From Azolla caroliniana (lineage: Eukaryota > Plantae > Polypodiophyta), in the NCBI GenBank assembly GCA_043228905.1, contig JBHGNT010000006.1:6138001-6202000 (forward strand): 64,000 nt of DNA, in the 5' to 3' direction. The position numbers were made by a program, and so were the translations under genes. The number at the start of each line of letters is the position of its first letter. Positions within the stretch are counted from its first letter, which is position 1. The notes below the pieces were generated by a model. That model saw only the letters and a program-made list of their open reading frames with translations, searched no databases and was not told the DNA's origin. Positions 63,001 through 64,000 of this stretch are shown here, piece by piece.

Positions 63001-63844
63001 CAGTTATAGAGAGTGGCAAAACATGGATCTTAAGAGAGTTGTAAGTATCAAGATAGAGGGCATACATATAGCATCAAACATATGAGATAAAGTTTCTCTT
63101 ATCTTACACTATATATGAAAATAATAATAACAATCCTGTGATAAATACAAACAATCATGAAAGCACATTCTTCATAGACTTCTCTGAAAAGCATCAAACA
63201 CTGGTCAAGGCATATATAGATCTTGGATTTATTCTGATTTTAGAATTTTTTTGACTAGGACAGATGTTTATTCTAGGTAGACTATTACCCAAAAAGAGAC
63301 AAAAACAGAACACCCACACCTCTGCTTAATGTTTCTGAGAGCTGTAACAACATTCCAGATCTATTTTGCTCCTTAATCACAATGATTTAGACTCGAGTGC
63401 ATGTCTCAACCAATACTAACAAATGTATACTTCATATTCATTTTTGACAATGCTAATATGCCATTTAACAGAATACGTGTATTAGGGAAATAATCATTGT
63501 ATTGTCGAAAACTTACCTGAAATTATACTTTTTGAGTGAAGCCTCCATTTCGTTGGAAGTTATGTATCCAGTCTACCATGAGAAATTTCAGCAAGTCTCA
63601 GTAAAGTTTACGAATAGTTCCTAGTAACAAAAAAGCGGCATTCCTAAACGAAGCAAAGCTGAAAATTCATGCACAAATTTTACTTCTCTTATTCATGTGA
63701 GAAAGTTACCTTTTTAAGGTCAACTTCCTTGAATGTATCCACAAGCTTATTCTCAAGATGGACTGCATATTCAGCAAAATTCTCAAACGAAACTTTCCTT
63801 ACATTGCTTGAGCCCCCAACTCTATTCAAGAAACCTTGAACATC
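57027..63844 (-). CDS. Mitochondrial carrier family (SLC25) protein with N-terminal EF-hand region, 5'-partial (start lies beyond the window)
   Basis: Exons (minus): 63844-63710, 63572-63517, 62737-62624, 61947-61838, 61738-61611, 61070-61000, 60914-60848, 60631-60368, 60284-60166, 58294-58228, 58016-57920, 57163-57027 (1365 nt, in frame). EF-loop FKEVDLKKTGYITSNEM. Carrier signatures PLERVK, PIDTVR, PLETLQR with EGIHGLFRGN, KGFSGVYRG, EGLKGLYAG. Confidence 0.9.
59320..59900 (+). mobile_element. 3' fragment of an RTE/RTEX-like LINE in a carrier-gene intron (antisense to host)
   Basis: ALTLLHTRSHSQGIEVA..KTCKVCM*GLVED.YHL.FTCSVYSAIRE matches the RxSSHxLxIExGR..CxxC..EDExH...C..Y..R C-terminal signature, which differs from the L1 zf-RVT copies upstream. 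Confidence 0.65.
62142..62281. repeat. Intronic tandem duplication (~64 bp x2)
   Basis: caataattaagaaatgaaatttg.taata.tatgacttg.ttactaactt..ctaagatta.aaat.ggc.tgcaat occurs twice. Confidence 0.85.
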
Positions 63845-64000
63845 CTATAAAATGCCAGTTTTCAATCTGAAGACAGTCAAAATAACTCTTTCTTCTGTGG
63901 GACCAACTATTAAAACTTCAAGGTGTAGACTGGATGTATCATTACAGCAAGGAAAAAAACATGATGAGTTCATTATAGTATTTAATTAACCCATAAAACC

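Noticed and set aside
25657-63844. Six genes as a functional or biosynthetic cluster
   Set aside because: The functions are unrelated (signalling, plastid nucleoid, splicing, lipid synthesis, transport) and I saw no shared regulatory motif.

Overview
Eukaryotic nuclear DNA from a land plant, probably a non-seed vascular plant such as a fern (inferred from GT-AG introns, microsatellite-rich UTRs, the L1 family and a non-seed-plant-type plastid 16S fragment). Bases 1-23 kb are a transposon-rich block. It holds one intact, full-length L1-clade LINE (2801-9045; ORF1, ORF2, 16-bp TSD), several decayed L1 relatives (one with a 15-bp TSD and a ~335-bp foreign filler containing a 16S rRNA fragment), a hAT-type MITE with TIRs and an 8-bp TSD, and Gypsy remnants. 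Bases 24-64 kb are gene-rich, with six genes whose exon chains I reconstructed by hand: a MUSTACHES/At4g36180-like LRR-RLK, a plastid-type SWIB protein, a DUF538 protein, SPF27/MOS4, LPAT2 and a 5'-partial EF-hand mitochondrial carrier. I found no CRISPR, tRNA or operon-like system and cannot claim a new biological system. The best leads are the filler insertion, the intact L1 with an unnamed conserved ORF2 segment, the uORF-rich RLK leader and the atypical EF-hand carrier. All homology calls are from motif recognition; no searches were run.
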